Below are positions 39,401 through 48,686 of a DNA stretch of 64,000 nt, in pieces; position 1 is the stretch's first letter; the number at the start of each line of letters is the position of its first letter. A program made the position numbers and the translations under genes. The notes below the pieces were generated by a model. The model worked only from the letters and a program-made list of their open reading frames with translations. It did not search any database and had not been told where the DNA came from. Origin of the DNA: an uncultured virus (IMG/VR IMGVR_UViG_3300047458_000106) (Duplodnaviria; Heunggongvirae; Uroviricota; Caudoviricetes); the IMG/VR virus record IMGVR_UViG_3300047458_000106; one strand, given 5' to 3'.

Positions 39401-41721
39401 ATCAAAATGCTCAAGCATTGAGAATGATATGGAATAGTGTTAGACTTAATGGTATTGTCGGTGGTGTTGGTAATTTAGACACAACTCCTTGGTTTGGTAA
39501 CTGGGTATGGAACTGGGCAGGTATTGAAACTGCGACAACTACAAGTGTAACTGAAAGATTTACTTCTCAACAATCTCAAAATTTAGGTGGTGGTGGAGCA
39601 TTACTTAGAACTACAGAAACTTTCTCACAAAGACAAGTTGTTGGTTCAGGAACAATAAATGAAATAATAGGTGACAGAACTGTATCGTTAACATTTATAC
39701 CTTTCATGAGACCAAGATTAGTGTTCTTTAGAGCAGAAGGTTTAAGACCTGCAACTAGATACTATCCATTCTTTGATGGTGTGTCATTTGATAATTTTGT
39801 AAAAGCAGAAACTTTTAAAGATGTTAGTGGACAAGAGTATAGAGGTAATCAGTATCAAAATTTAAATGCTCACCCTAATACTTCATCGACTTTAGTGACT
39901 GATGCTTCAGGTAAAGTAGAAGGTTCATTCTTAATACCATCTTCTGATACAAATAAATTTAGAGTTGGTGAAAGAGAATTTAAGTTATTAGATATTTCTG
40001 TTGATGATGAACCATCTTCAACTTCTGTTGCTTCTGCAATCTTTACTGCTAAAGGCACATTAGATACTAGACAAGAAACTATACGTTCAACTAGACTAAC
40101 TGTTACTGCGACAAGACGTTGGGACACAGTCACATGGCATGACCCACTTGCACAATCATTTAGGGTAACTGCGCCAAATGGTATGTTTATAACTAAAGTA
40201 CAATGTTATTTTGCTACTAAAGACGATGCTATTCCTGTACAATTACAAATAAGACCAATGGTTAATGGTCACCCAAGTTCATCACAAATTTTCCCAGGGT
40301 CATCTGTATTTGTTAATCCTGGAAGTGTAAATACTGCGACAGGTACTCAAGCAAATGCTCTTGCGGCACCAACAGATTTTGTTTTTGACGAACCAATATT
40401 CTTAAATGCAGACACAGAATATGCAGTTGTACTGCTTTCAGATTGTACAAGTTATAATGCATATGTTGGTAGAACTTATGAATTTGAACTAGGTAGTACT
40501 GAGAAAAGAATTAACAAACAACCTTCAATGGGTAGTTTATTTAAATCACAAAATGGTACTACATGGGAACCAGACCAAACACAAGACTTGGCATTTAAAA
40601 TATCTAAAGCACAATTTACGACTGCTGGTGGTACTGCAACATTTGAAAATGCAAGTGTGCCAAAACAAAAATTAATTAATAACCCAATACTAACTACTGC
40701 AAGTAGTAAAGTCATAAATGTATTAATGCCAGACCATGGATTACATGTTAATGATACTGTCATGATTGAAGGTGTCAGTATTACTAATGGACAAAATGGT
40801 ATTGATTCTTCAGGTACTTTGAACCAAGGAAGTCTTCACGCCAAACATACTGTAACTGCAGTAGATGGTAATGGTTTTCAATTCAATGCGCCTCAGTCAG
40901 GAAATGCAAGTGCATCTGGTTATATAGGTGGTGATAATGTTACATGTACTAAAAACATAGAATTTGATATAGTTGTACCGACTATGGACACACTTTTACC
41001 AGAAGATACTACATTTAATTTAGGTGCGAAGTTTACTACAGGTAAATCTCTTGCTGGTTCAGAAACAAGATTTAGTAAAGATGATAATTTCTCAAATGAT
41101 ATTAGACTAGGTGACGAGAACTTCTTCGATGCTCCTAGAATGATAGCACACGACTCAGATGAAGATGTTGAGTTAGGTGTAGGAACAGGACACGGTAATA
41201 AGTCTGTAGAATTACGAGCAACTATTGATACAATTAGAGCAGACGTTTCGCCAGTAATTGATACACAAAGATGTTCATTGACTACAATTCATAATAGAAT
41301 TGATAAACAAGCAAGTGGTGCCACAACAGGGTTTAATGTTCCGTTGTTTTTTACTGCTGAAACAGAACCTCAAGGTGGGTCACATATCAGTAAGCATATA
41401 ACTAGACCTATTACTTTACTAGAAGATGGAGTGAATTTAAAAGTAATATTTAATTCTCGTAGACCTGCAGAAGCAGATTTTGAAGTTTACTTTAGAACTG
41501 CAAATGAAGGTGTAAATATACACGAAGAACCATATACACTTATGCCATTAGAAAGTCCTGTTGGTGCAGACGAATCTAATTTCTTAGAATACAGATATAA
41601 TGCTCACCCTAATGAAATAGAAGCATTTAATCAGTATCAAATAAAAATTGTGTTTAGGTCAACAAACTCGTCTAAACCACCTTTATTTAAAGATTTAAGA
41701 GTTATAGCAGTTTCTACATAA
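36478..41721 (+). CDS. VrlC-like / DUF4815 large virion protein
   Basis: YHRILF..GRAVQARELTQ, APGADRY, KSGFLVDNF, DPLAQSF, GSLFKSQNG. Confidence 0.85.
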   Translation: MATTFTKNTFGVTYKDDFADSDNYHRILFNSGRAVQARELTQAQTITQEELARLGRHVFKDGAAVNPGGPTIDNSYEFVKLSSTITDDQVTSLVGLEFTGATSSIKARVVRVAQAVTDTSLAELSASVSATGDPATLFVQYTESPSNLSGTTPVRFTPGENITSGATTLTVQSTNTTANPSTGQGTLVSNGAGDFFVRGHFVFAKNQSILLRKYSKFPTEVVGFVVTEDIVTFADDAALYDNQGAVPNTTAPGADRYRINLTLTRSSDVTGTQNFVFYCDVVAGEIVEQVTGTDDYNKIGDVLALRTREESGNYIVNPFRLSLEADSAGASTNLIANVSSGTAYINGYRCNKEKPTKLVVPKPRTTTTINNETVGVNYGSFVTCDTIEGLIPVDGSRVNLSTSTTNPGASIIGTVRVRSITKDGANFRAYLYDIKMNSGENFRSTRTIGTGTTDFLKILLTGSQAVLKEGNNSAIVFPTPRVRPKTLSDINFEVQRVFAGTVSSGTVTLTALSGETFVNTADWIVTTDSSGDRVANPTFGSVGSQSLTISALPDGAHTIYAKVNKSNGSSRTKTLAESTVTRAPITNGIADGTAGQLVYVKLDHPDIYTIEEIKDGSSSGADISANFDLDNGQRPAFYQTGRIILKSSATAPSGNVYVKYKHFTHGATGDFFSVNSYTGQVEYEDIPDYRPDQRTIVNLRDVVDFRGIKASDSGSSAGAFTHTHDLPSTGDIVNTDIEYYLPRADRVVASTDGTLQLISGQAGFARQLPPVPENTLNLFEVNMNGYGISDSDASVKTLKYKRFRMQDIARLEERIDGLEETTALSFLEAQTENLLITDSGGTARTKSGFLVDNFNDRGLSDAQDPDYRASVDPSTNTLHPHVSTQNIPLIYDSGKSTNTILKGDNVYLTHTETDAIVQTQISGTENINPFAVISNEGQIRLSPASDTWTDTKYDPAKVVNQEATIDIGDVNGQGNQNAQALRMIWNSVRLNGIVGGVGNLDTTPWFGNWVWNWAGIETATTTSVTERFTSQQSQNLGGGGALLRTTETFSQRQVVGSGTINEIIGDRTVSLTFIPFMRPRLVFFRAEGLRPATRYYPFFDGVSFDNFVKAETFKDVSGQEYRGNQYQNLNAHPNTSSTLVTDASGKVEGSFLIPSSDTNKFRVGEREFKLLDISVDDEPSSTSVASAIFTAKGTLDTRQETIRSTRLTVTATRRWDTVTWHDPLAQSFRVTAPNGMFITKVQCYFATKDDAIPVQLQIRPMVNGHPSSSQIFPGSSVFVNPGSVNTATGTQANALAAPTDFVFDEPIFLNADTEYAVVLLSDCTSYNAYVGRTYEFELGSTEKRINKQPSMGSLFKSQNGTTWEPDQTQDLAFKISKAQFTTAGGTATFENASVPKQKLINNPILTTASSKVINVLMPDHGLHVNDTVMIEGVSITNGQNGIDSSGTLNQGSLHAKHTVTAVDGNGFQFNAPQSGNASASGYIGGDNVTCTKNIEFDIVVPTMDTLLPEDTTFNLGAKFTTGKSLAGSETRFSKDDNFSNDIRLGDENFFDAPRMIAHDSDEDVELGVGTGHGNKSVELRATIDTIRADVSPVIDTQRCSLTTIHNRIDKQASGATTGFNVPLFFTAETEPQGGSHISKHITRPITLLEDGVNLKVIFNSRRPAEADFEVYFRTANEGVNIHEEPYTLMPLESPVGADESNFLEYRYNAHPNEIEAFNQYQIKIVFRSTNSSKPPLFKDLRVIAVST

Positions 41722-41936
41722 TGAATAGAGAAAGGTATATACAAGTTGAAGGTAATTCTGGACTTGTGAGAGACAGAACGACTGGCGCTATTTTAAATGC
41801 AAACTCAACTGAAATACAAAAAGCACGATTAAAAAAGAATAAGGAAAAACAACAAGAACAAGAAATACAAGAACTCAAAAAAGATGTTTCTGAAATTAAA
41901 GTTCTGTTAACAAAATTAATAGAAAGAAATGACTGA
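41721..41936 (+). CDS. Small coiled-coil protein
   Basis: VEGNSGLVRD..TGAILN; typical position after VrlC. Confidence 0.75.
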   Translation: MNRERYIQVEGNSGLVRDRTTGAILNANSTEIQKARLKKNKEKQQEQEIQELKKDVSEIKVLLTKLIERND

Positions 41937-43341
41937 TAGTAATTTTACAAAAACTCTTACTACTGATAACTTTACACAGTTTATTAATAATACAAACACA
42001 ATTGGTAAAGAAGTTGGTGGTCTTGCAAGATTAACAACTACAGTTGATTCTGATTTAGTTGGTGCGATTAATGAGTTAGACTCAGACATTGGTGCCAGAC
42101 CTCATACTAATTTAAATACAAACACAAAGAATATAACCGCGGCCATAAATGAAATACATACTGCTGGTAATGCCTCATTAGTCGGATTAACACCAGATAG
42201 TGCAAACAAACTTGGTGGTTTTAATGATAGTGCAGAACGAACCACTGTTGGTGGTGCATTAAACTCTTTATCTGCAGATGTTAGAACATTAGATTCTGAC
42301 GTAGGTTCTTCTCGTGCAAAAACTACACTTACAACAACATCTAAAAATATTGTTGGTGGTATAAATGAATTAGATGCAGAAATAGGTGATTCTGCATTAG
42401 ATTCTGGATTCACTGGTATGACTATAAGAAGGGCAATAAATGCACTTGACTCAAACCATGATTCTGCAGTTACACAATTGAAAACAGATATTGGTAATGT
42501 CTTTAGATATCAAACAATAAGTGGTGATACTGGAAGTGACACGGTTGATAGTGCAAATGGTTCAATCGCAATTGTTGGAGACGGTATTATTCAAACCACT
42601 ATGTCAGGTAATAGATTACTTGTTGACCATACAGTAGTTGGTGCAACAGATGTTAATAATAGTGGTAATACATTTGTTCAAGATGTCACTATGGATTCTG
42701 CGGGACATGTTACTGCAGTTTCAAGTGGTGCAGTTGCTATTACAAATACCGATGTATCTGCAGGTGCGGCGATTAATGCAGAAAAAATTCATGACGGAAC
42801 AGTATCGAATACTGAGTTTGGTCACTTAAATGGAGTGACTTCTGCGATACAAACTCAATTTAATGCGATTAGTTTTGACTCTTCGGGACTACAAACCCAA
42901 CTAAATGCATTAGATACTGCAAAAACAACTTTAACTGCAGTTTTCTCCGTGATTTATCCAGTGGGTTCAATTTATATCAATGCGGGTGTTTCTACAAGTC
43001 CAGCAACTTTAATGGGTTTTGGAACTTGGTCTCGATATGGAGAAGGTAGAGTATTAGTAAGTCAAAGCGTTTCTGATACTGAATTTGATACTTTAAACGA
43101 AACGGGTGGTTCAAAAACACATACACTAACAGTATCAGAATTACCTTCTCACACTCACACTCATACAGTAAAAACAGGTCGTAGTTATAGTTCTTCAATA
43201 GGAGGGCCGCCTATTGTCCAAGGGAGTAATAACGTACTTTTAAACAGTTCCGAAGAAACAACATCAAGTACAGGTAGTGGTTCTGCTCACAACAATTTAC
43301 AACCGTATATAGTTGTATATATGTGGAGAAGAACCGCGTAG
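41929..43341 (+). CDS. Tail fibre with AINELDSD repeats and a gp10-like C-terminal domain
   Basis: Repeats LTTxxxx(L/I)VGAINELDSD; IYPVGSIY...GTW...GRVLV...GGSKTHTL...HNNLQPYIVVYMWRRTA. Confidence 0.8.
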   Translation: MTDSNFTKTLTTDNFTQFINNTNTIGKEVGGLARLTTTVDSDLVGAINELDSDIGARPHTNLNTNTKNITAAINEIHTAGNASLVGLTPDSANKLGGFNDSAERTTVGGALNSLSADVRTLDSDVGSSRAKTTLTTTSKNIVGGINELDAEIGDSALDSGFTGMTIRRAINALDSNHDSAVTQLKTDIGNVFRYQTISGDTGSDTVDSANGSIAIVGDGIIQTTMSGNRLLVDHTVVGATDVNNSGNTFVQDVTMDSAGHVTAVSSGAVAITNTDVSAGAAINAEKIHDGTVSNTEFGHLNGVTSAIQTQFNAISFDSSGLQTQLNALDTAKTTLTAVFSVIYPVGSIYINAGVSTSPATLMGFGTWSRYGEGRVLVSQSVSDTEFDTLNETGGSKTHTLTVSELPSHTHTHTVKTGRSYSSSIGGPPIVQGSNNVLLNSSEETTSSTGSGSAHNNLQPYIVVYMWRRTA

Positions 43342-43343
43342 AA

Positions 43344-43351
43344 TATAAATA
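43344..43351 (+). promoter_or_regulatory. Late promoter 5 nt upstream of the ATG
   Basis: TATAAATA-GAGAT-ATG. Confidence 0.75.
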
Positions 43352-43356
43352 GAGAT

Positions 43357-45042
43357 ATGGGCAGAAATACATCAATTAAAACATCAACAACTGATAACTT
43401 TACTCAGTTAGTTGATAATATGAATAATCAGTCACTTGATGTAGGTGCAACTGGTAAGTTGACAACAACGGTAGATTCTGATATAGTAGGTGCAATTAAC
43501 GAACTTGATAGCAACATGGGTGCGAAAACAAGTTTGACAACTACGAATAAGACTAATATAGTAAATGCAATCAATGAACTAGATTCAGACTTAGGACAGT
43601 TATCGACACTAGCAAGTGATATTCGTGACTCTAATTTTGCAGTAAGCATAAACAAATTAAATACAAATGTTAGTCAACTTCTTGGTAGTTTATCTGGTTT
43701 AGATAGTGCTGGTGGAGATAGTGACACTAGGCGTGGTGGATTTGATGTTGCTGAACAAGTGACAGTAGTATCTGCCTTAAATGCTATTTCACAAGATATT
43801 CAAAGACTTGATTCAGATATAAATCGAGAAGCGAGAATGACAACAACTGCAACCACTCTTCGTGGTGCAATCAACGAACTTGATTCTGATATTGGTGCAA
43901 GACCGCATACAAATTTAAATACTACTGCAAAAAATCTTGTTGATGCAATTAATGAAAACAAAGCATCATTAAATGCACTTGCAGTATTTAGAAATATTGC
44001 AACAGATAGTGGTTCTGGTTCAATTAGTGTTACAGTAGATAGTGCGAATGATACTTTGTCAGTTCTTGGTGGTAGTTCATTAAAAACTCTTGGGATTGGT
44101 GGTAATAAAATACAAATAGACCACGATGTTACTGGCGCAAGTTCAGTAAATAATTCTGGCAATACTTTTATTCAAGATTTAACAATTGATGCGAATGGCC
44201 ATGTTACTGGTACTGCAAGTTCCGAGGCAGTAATCAATAATGGTACACTTACAGTTCAAGGTGGCACTAACATATCAGGAAGTGGTACTTTTACTGCAAA
44301 TCAATCTGGTAATACTACAATTACACTTAACAATGATATCACAAATAATAATCAGTTGGCAAATGGTGCTAATTACATTACATCTTCGTCTGTAGGAAAT
44401 GGTACACTTAGTATGTCTACTGGAACAAACTTAACTGGTTCTGCTTCATTTACTGCGAATCAGGGTGGTAGTTCAAGTTTTTCTGTAGGTATTTCTGCCA
44501 CTCCTACTTTTACACAAGTATTTGCTCAACAATATAATAATTCTACAGTAGGTTATCTTTCAACTTCTAATAGTACTTATGCAAATAGGGCACCAGATGT
44601 TTGGAAAGAAGATAGAATAAGTGGTAGTGCATTTTCTGTTTCTTTGACACCTAGTGGTGGTACTACTCACCCAACTGCAACTGTTATTAGGGCAGGTGCA
44701 AATGGTACTAGTCACAGTGGTAATTATATTTATATAGGGTCTGGTACTTATTGGGTTTCTGCATGGTGTACACTAGCAAGAGTGGCAAGTGATACTGCAG
44801 ATAATTGTTCTATGTGGATAGGAAAAAGTACTAACTTAAATGGTCAATATGTTGTCGGTTCTGCAAATGCAATTGGAGACTGGAGTACGTCTATCTTTAA
44901 AGCAGAAGGTATTCTCTCTGGAGCAGGTTATTATGCAATAAGATTTTATTCAAATGAAACAATTAGATATAGGTATGCTAATGCTGGATATCCAGGCCAT
45001 ACTTATTGTTTTGCAAGAATAATGGCATGGAAAATGTATTAA
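43357..45042 (+). CDS. Tail fibre paralog with a distinct C-terminal tip
   Basis: Same AINELDSD repeats and IGARPHTNLNT block as 41929-43341; FTANQ repeats. Confidence 0.8.
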   Translation: MGRNTSIKTSTTDNFTQLVDNMNNQSLDVGATGKLTTTVDSDIVGAINELDSNMGAKTSLTTTNKTNIVNAINELDSDLGQLSTLASDIRDSNFAVSINKLNTNVSQLLGSLSGLDSAGGDSDTRRGGFDVAEQVTVVSALNAISQDIQRLDSDINREARMTTTATTLRGAINELDSDIGARPHTNLNTTAKNLVDAINENKASLNALAVFRNIATDSGSGSISVTVDSANDTLSVLGGSSLKTLGIGGNKIQIDHDVTGASSVNNSGNTFIQDLTIDANGHVTGTASSEAVINNGTLTVQGGTNISGSGTFTANQSGNTTITLNNDITNNNQLANGANYITSSSVGNGTLSMSTGTNLTGSASFTANQGGSSSFSVGISATPTFTQVFAQQYNNSTVGYLSTSNSTYANRAPDVWKEDRISGSAFSVSLTPSGGTTHPTATVIRAGANGTSHSGNYIYIGSGTYWVSAWCTLARVASDTADNCSMWIGKSTNLNGQYVVGSANAIGDWSTSIFKAEGILSGAGYYAIRFYSNETIRYRYANAGYPGHTYCFARIMAWKMY

Positions 45043-45051
45043 GGAGAAATA

Positions 45052-45369
45052 ATGGCAATTAATAGAACTGGGACAAATCCAACAAATGATGTAAAATTAC
45101 CGACAATTGATATAGAACCAGAAATAATGTTTCATATGTGTTCACTTTGGGAAACTGGTGCTATTGATAGTAATGGTGCAGTTCTAGATTCAGAACAACT
45201 TGCAGATAAATCGACTTTAAATGAGAATTTAGAATTAATGTTTGAAATAACAACAAATCAAAGTGCAAGAATGATATCAGAATTTCAAGCAATGGATTCA
45301 GATGCAAAATGTATGATTATTAGACCTGCTCATTGTTCGACTTATATTATGCCTGACTCAGACGGGTAA
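45052..45369 (+). CDS. Small acidic hypothetical protein (fibre-associated)
   Basis: SD AGGAG; four DS motifs in 105 aa. Confidence 0.65.
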   Translation: MAINRTGTNPTNDVKLPTIDIEPEIMFHMCSLWETGAIDSNGAVLDSEQLADKSTLNENLELMFEITTNQSARMISEFQAMDSDAKCMIIRPAHCSTYIMPDSDG

Positions 45370-45374
45370 TGTCA

Positions 45375-45382
45375 TATAAATA
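45375..45382 (+). promoter_or_regulatory. Late promoter
   Basis: TATAAATA 7 nt before ATG 45390. Confidence 0.7.
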
Positions 45383-45389
45383 GTATATT

Positions 45390-46772
45390 ATGGGCGATGT
45401 ATCACTAAAACTAGAAGGAACAAATGGTGACTTAAAACAAGTCACTACTACCGAAGAACAATACTTTGCCTATCAAGCAGGTCTACAATTAAGTACTGCC
45501 GCAGACACAGACCCTGGGTGTTTAAAAACTGCAAGTTCTGGTAGTCCAGCAACAGTCGGTACTTTTACTGATACTCGATTCAATGAAGCAATTGGGTCAC
45601 ACGGAACTTTAACAACTTCATCAACTGCAACAACTCTTTATCAATCAGAAGGTACTGCCGCAGAAGATGGTGGTGACTTTAGATATCCTATTGAGTTTGT
45701 CAGTAATAGTGGTGCAGAACTTCACGAAATGACAGATGCAGAAGTTTCTGCTTTAGTTGATAGATTAAATTTAGTAATATTTGCAAACGATTATCCCGGT
45801 ACGTACAAACTTGCCACGTCTGCACCGAGTGGCGATTATACAGAAAAGATTGCAGGACTATTTACAGATACTAAAGTAAATTCAAGTGGTAATGCAGAAA
45901 CAGTAAATACATACAATCTTTATCGTAGAACTGCAATGACGGCACCAACTGCTATCAGACCTGTAGCATTAAAAAGAAGTAGTGGTGGTTCAGGAACATT
46001 TCAAGGTATTCAAGAAATGTCAGATGCAGAAATCAAATACACGTTTGGACAAAGAGCAAAAACAAGAATCATGAATGGTAGTCTTGGTGTAGGGACATAC
46101 TTAATCAAAAGTGCTACTCAAGGTGCGCCGACTGATACTGGCACATGGGTTGCAAAAGGTGCCGCAGTTGATACTAAAAACACTACAACAAATACAGATT
46201 ATACACAAGATTTTGTTGGTGACTTTGGTGGTAATTTTACTCAAGACTTTGTTGGTAATTTTACTGGTAACTTTGAAACAACATTTACTGGTGACTTTAC
46301 TAATACATTTACACGTAACTCAACTCAAAACTTCACACGTAACTCAACTACAACATTTACTGGTGATTTTACAGGTAATTTTGCATCAACGTTTACTGGT
46401 GATTTTACAGGTGATTTTCTTGGTAGAAATCCTAGTTTAGAAACAGGAGCATTTGATATTAATGCAAATTATAATTCTTTGAATTATACACGTAACTCAA
46501 CAACTAATTTTGTGGGTGATTTTACACGTAACTCGACAACTAACTTTGTAGGTGATTTTACAGGAGATTTTGTGGGTGATTTTACAGGTAACTTTGCAAA
46601 TAACTTTACACAAGACTTTGTTGGTACATTTACACAAGATTTTACACAAACATTTACTGGTGATTTTTCAACAAATTTTACAACAACGTTTACTGGTAAT
46701 TTTCTTGGTGCATTAATTAACAATGCGACAGAAACTATTGAAACATATACACTATATGTAAGAACTGCTTGA
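45390..46772 (+). CDS. Putative virion fibre protein with a Phe tetrapeptide repeat hairpin
   Basis: Two arms of 19 F-x-x-x repeats flanking a 19-aa loop; late promoter. Confidence 0.75.
   Translation: MGDVSLKLEGTNGDLKQVTTTEEQYFAYQAGLQLSTAADTDPGCLKTASSGSPATVGTFTDTRFNEAIGSHGTLTTSSTATTLYQSEGTAAEDGGDFRYPIEFVSNSGAELHEMTDAEVSALVDRLNLVIFANDYPGTYKLATSAPSGDYTEKIAGLFTDTKVNSSGNAETVNTYNLYRRTAMTAPTAIRPVALKRSSGGSGTFQGIQEMSDAEIKYTFGQRAKTRIMNGSLGVGTYLIKSATQGAPTDTGTWVAKGAAVDTKNTTTNTDYTQDFVGDFGGNFTQDFVGNFTGNFETTFTGDFTNTFTRNSTQNFTRNSTTTFTGDFTGNFASTFTGDFTGDFLGRNPSLETGAFDINANYNSLNYTRNSTTNFVGDFTRNSTTNFVGDFTGDFVGDFTGNFANNFTQDFVGTFTQDFTQTFTGDFSTNFTTTFTGNFLGALINNATETIETYTLYVRTA
46200..46712 (+). repeat. Degenerate 12-nt coding tandem repeat (F-T/V-G/Q/R-D/N), two arrays of 19 units
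   Basis: Arm 1 at 46200-46427, arm 2 at 46485-46712. Confidence 0.9.
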
Positions 46773-46797
46773 CATTTTTAAGTAAATGATATATAAT
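46769..46797 (+). promoter_or_regulatory. Sigma70-type promoter inside the late structural region
   Basis: TTGACA-N17-TATAAT; the -35 box overlaps the upstream TGA stop. Confidence 0.8.
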
Positions 46798-46817
46798 AGT
46801 GAGAAGGAGAATAAATA

Positions 46818-47261
46818 ATGGCAGATGTTAAAAGAACTTGGATAAAAGATGCTTTTTGGGAAACACCGAGTAAAGAGTTATTGAATTGTATATCTGAACA
46901 CAAAGAAGGTTTTAAAGATGTTCGTCAAGTTCACAAGTTAAAACGTGGTGACCCTTTGTTTGATGAATGTGTAGAAGAGTTAACAAAAGAATTTATTGAT
47001 AAAAATACAGATGAAAGAGTCAATAGAAAATTTAAAGAACAAGAACAACAAAGACAACTTGAAATAAACAAAAGAAAAGCAGAAAGATTAGAGCAACTTT
47101 TTAATTATAAACTTGAAACTTTTGAAGTAGAAGACATAAAAGAATCAAAAAATAGAATTCTTAAAAGTAGGTTAAGACGAGCAAAATCTATTCCAGAAGT
47201 TAACTTGTATGCAATTATGATAATACAAGATAAGTTAGAGAATGATAAAGAAACCGAGTAA
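46818..47261 (+). CDS. Hypothetical protein
   Basis: SD AGGAG; LFNYKLETFEV..IKESKNR.LKSRLRRAK. Confidence 0.75.
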   Translation: MADVKRTWIKDAFWETPSKELLNCISEHKEGFKDVRQVHKLKRGDPLFDECVEELTKEFIDKNTDERVNRKFKEQEQQRQLEINKRKAERLEQLFNYKLETFEVEDIKESKNRILKSRLRRAKSIPEVNLYAIMIIQDKLENDKETE

Positions 47262-47976
47262 AGGATACTTAGTAGTAGCATCAAGAAAACCTAATTTTTA
47301 TTCACTAGCAATCAATTGCATCGAATCAATCAAAGATTACTATCCTGATGCAAAGTGTTGCTTAGTTACAGAAGAAAAATTTCTAGATGGACGTGAAGAT
47401 ATTGCAGATGATTTAATTTTCTGCGATGACCATTATCGTGCCAAACTATGGGGCATGGCAAACTCTCCTTACGACATTACAATGTATATTGATGCAGATA
47501 GTGAAATAGAACACGAAGATATTGCAACTGTATTTGATGAACTTAATAATAATGATATGATGTTTCATAAACTAGATGAAAAATACAAAAAAGTTTATGC
47601 AATTACTTCTTTTACATACGAAAATGTAAGAGAATATTATACTTATTGTGGTGGTGTTTGTCTTTATGATATGAGAAATCCACTTGTTAAAGATTTTATG
47701 AATGATTGGAATGACTTGTTTCGAAAACAATATTCTAAAGAATTAATTTTACCTATGGATCCATGGCAAGAGTTATGGGATTTTGACCAAACTACATTAT
47801 GGTATTTGTTGAATAAAGTTGATAAATACAAAAACATAAAAGTTGATAGTTTTAAAGATAATTTACGTTGGAATTATTTTCCACATTATGAAAGATATTT
47901 TAATGCTTTTCCAAAAGACCCTGTTGTGATAAGACATTATTCTTCATATGCACAAAAAGATAAATCATATGCTTGA
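47242..47976 (+). CDS. GT-A glycosyltransferase (GT8-like)
   Basis: RAKLWG..SPYDITMYIDAD (DxD), CGGV, FDQTTLW, VIRHYS. Confidence 0.75.
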   Translation: MIKKPSKGYLVVASRKPNFYSLAINCIESIKDYYPDAKCCLVTEEKFLDGREDIADDLIFCDDHYRAKLWGMANSPYDITMYIDADSEIEHEDIATVFDELNNNDMMFHKLDEKYKKVYAITSFTYENVREYYTYCGGVCLYDMRNPLVKDFMNDWNDLFRKQYSKELILPMDPWQELWDFDQTTLWYLLNKVDKYKNIKVDSFKDNLRWNYFPHYERYFNAFPKDPVVIRHYSSYAQKDKSYA

Positions 47977-48616
47977 TATACCTATAAACAACACAGATGT
48001 TTTAAATTCATTAAATAATTTTTTGTGGTTTTATGAGAATAGAAACAACAAAGATTGGAAAGTGGGTGGCAGAAGTAAGCATAGAAATCATTTTGTTGGA
48101 GATTCACATAAAAACACTATTATCAACATGGGTAGAAATCATGATGGATATCCAGAAAGTGGATATTACTACAATTTTAAAGCAGATGGCAATCGTGGTA
48201 AAGATTTACCAAAAGAGATAATACAACAGTATAACATAGTTAATACAGAATTGCAAGAAAAATTGTGTACTAAACATAATGCTTTATGTGTTATGTACCC
48301 ACCTGGTGGATTTATAAGTTGGCATAACAATGCAAATGCAAGTGCATATAATTTGATTTTCACTTGGTCTGAAACTGGTAATGGATATTTTAAATATATT
48401 GACGGTGAAACAAAAGAAGAGATTGTTATTAAAGATAAACCTGGTTGGCAATGTAAAGCAAGTTATTTTGGAGCATACATAGAACCAGCATATAAATTAG
48501 TCTATCATACTGCATCTACTGACTGCTGGCGCATAACAGTATCTTATGTCTTTAATAGAGAAGAAATGTCTCTTGGTTTACAAGAAGATGTAATCGAAGA
48601 AATAAAATCTAAATAA
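47969..48616 (+). CDS. Cupin/2OG-Fe(II)-like oxygenase
   Basis: YPPGGFISWHNN...YHTA...RITVSY double-stranded beta-helix pattern. Confidence 0.55.
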   Translation: MLDIPINNTDVLNSLNNFLWFYENRNNKDWKVGGRSKHRNHFVGDSHKNTIINMGRNHDGYPESGYYYNFKADGNRGKDLPKEIIQQYNIVNTELQEKLCTKHNALCVMYPPGGFISWHNNANASAYNLIFTWSETGNGYFKYIDGETKEEIVIKDKPGWQCKASYFGAYIEPAYKLVYHTASTDCWRITVSYVFNREEMSLGLQEDVIEEIKSK

Positions 48617-48640
48617 ATACTTGTCTTAAATCTTAATTCA

Positions 48641-48648
48641 TATAAATA
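48641..48648 (+). promoter_or_regulatory. Late promoter
   Basis: Intergenic TATAAATA. Confidence 0.7.
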
Positions 48649-48686
48649 AAGCATATACAATAGACTTTACTTATATGGATTAATTC

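Noticed and set aside
46200..46712. Possible CRISPR array or DGR template/variable repeat
   Set aside because: Repeats are 12-nt in-frame coding units without spacers; no adenine-specific variant pair and no reverse transcriptase in the window
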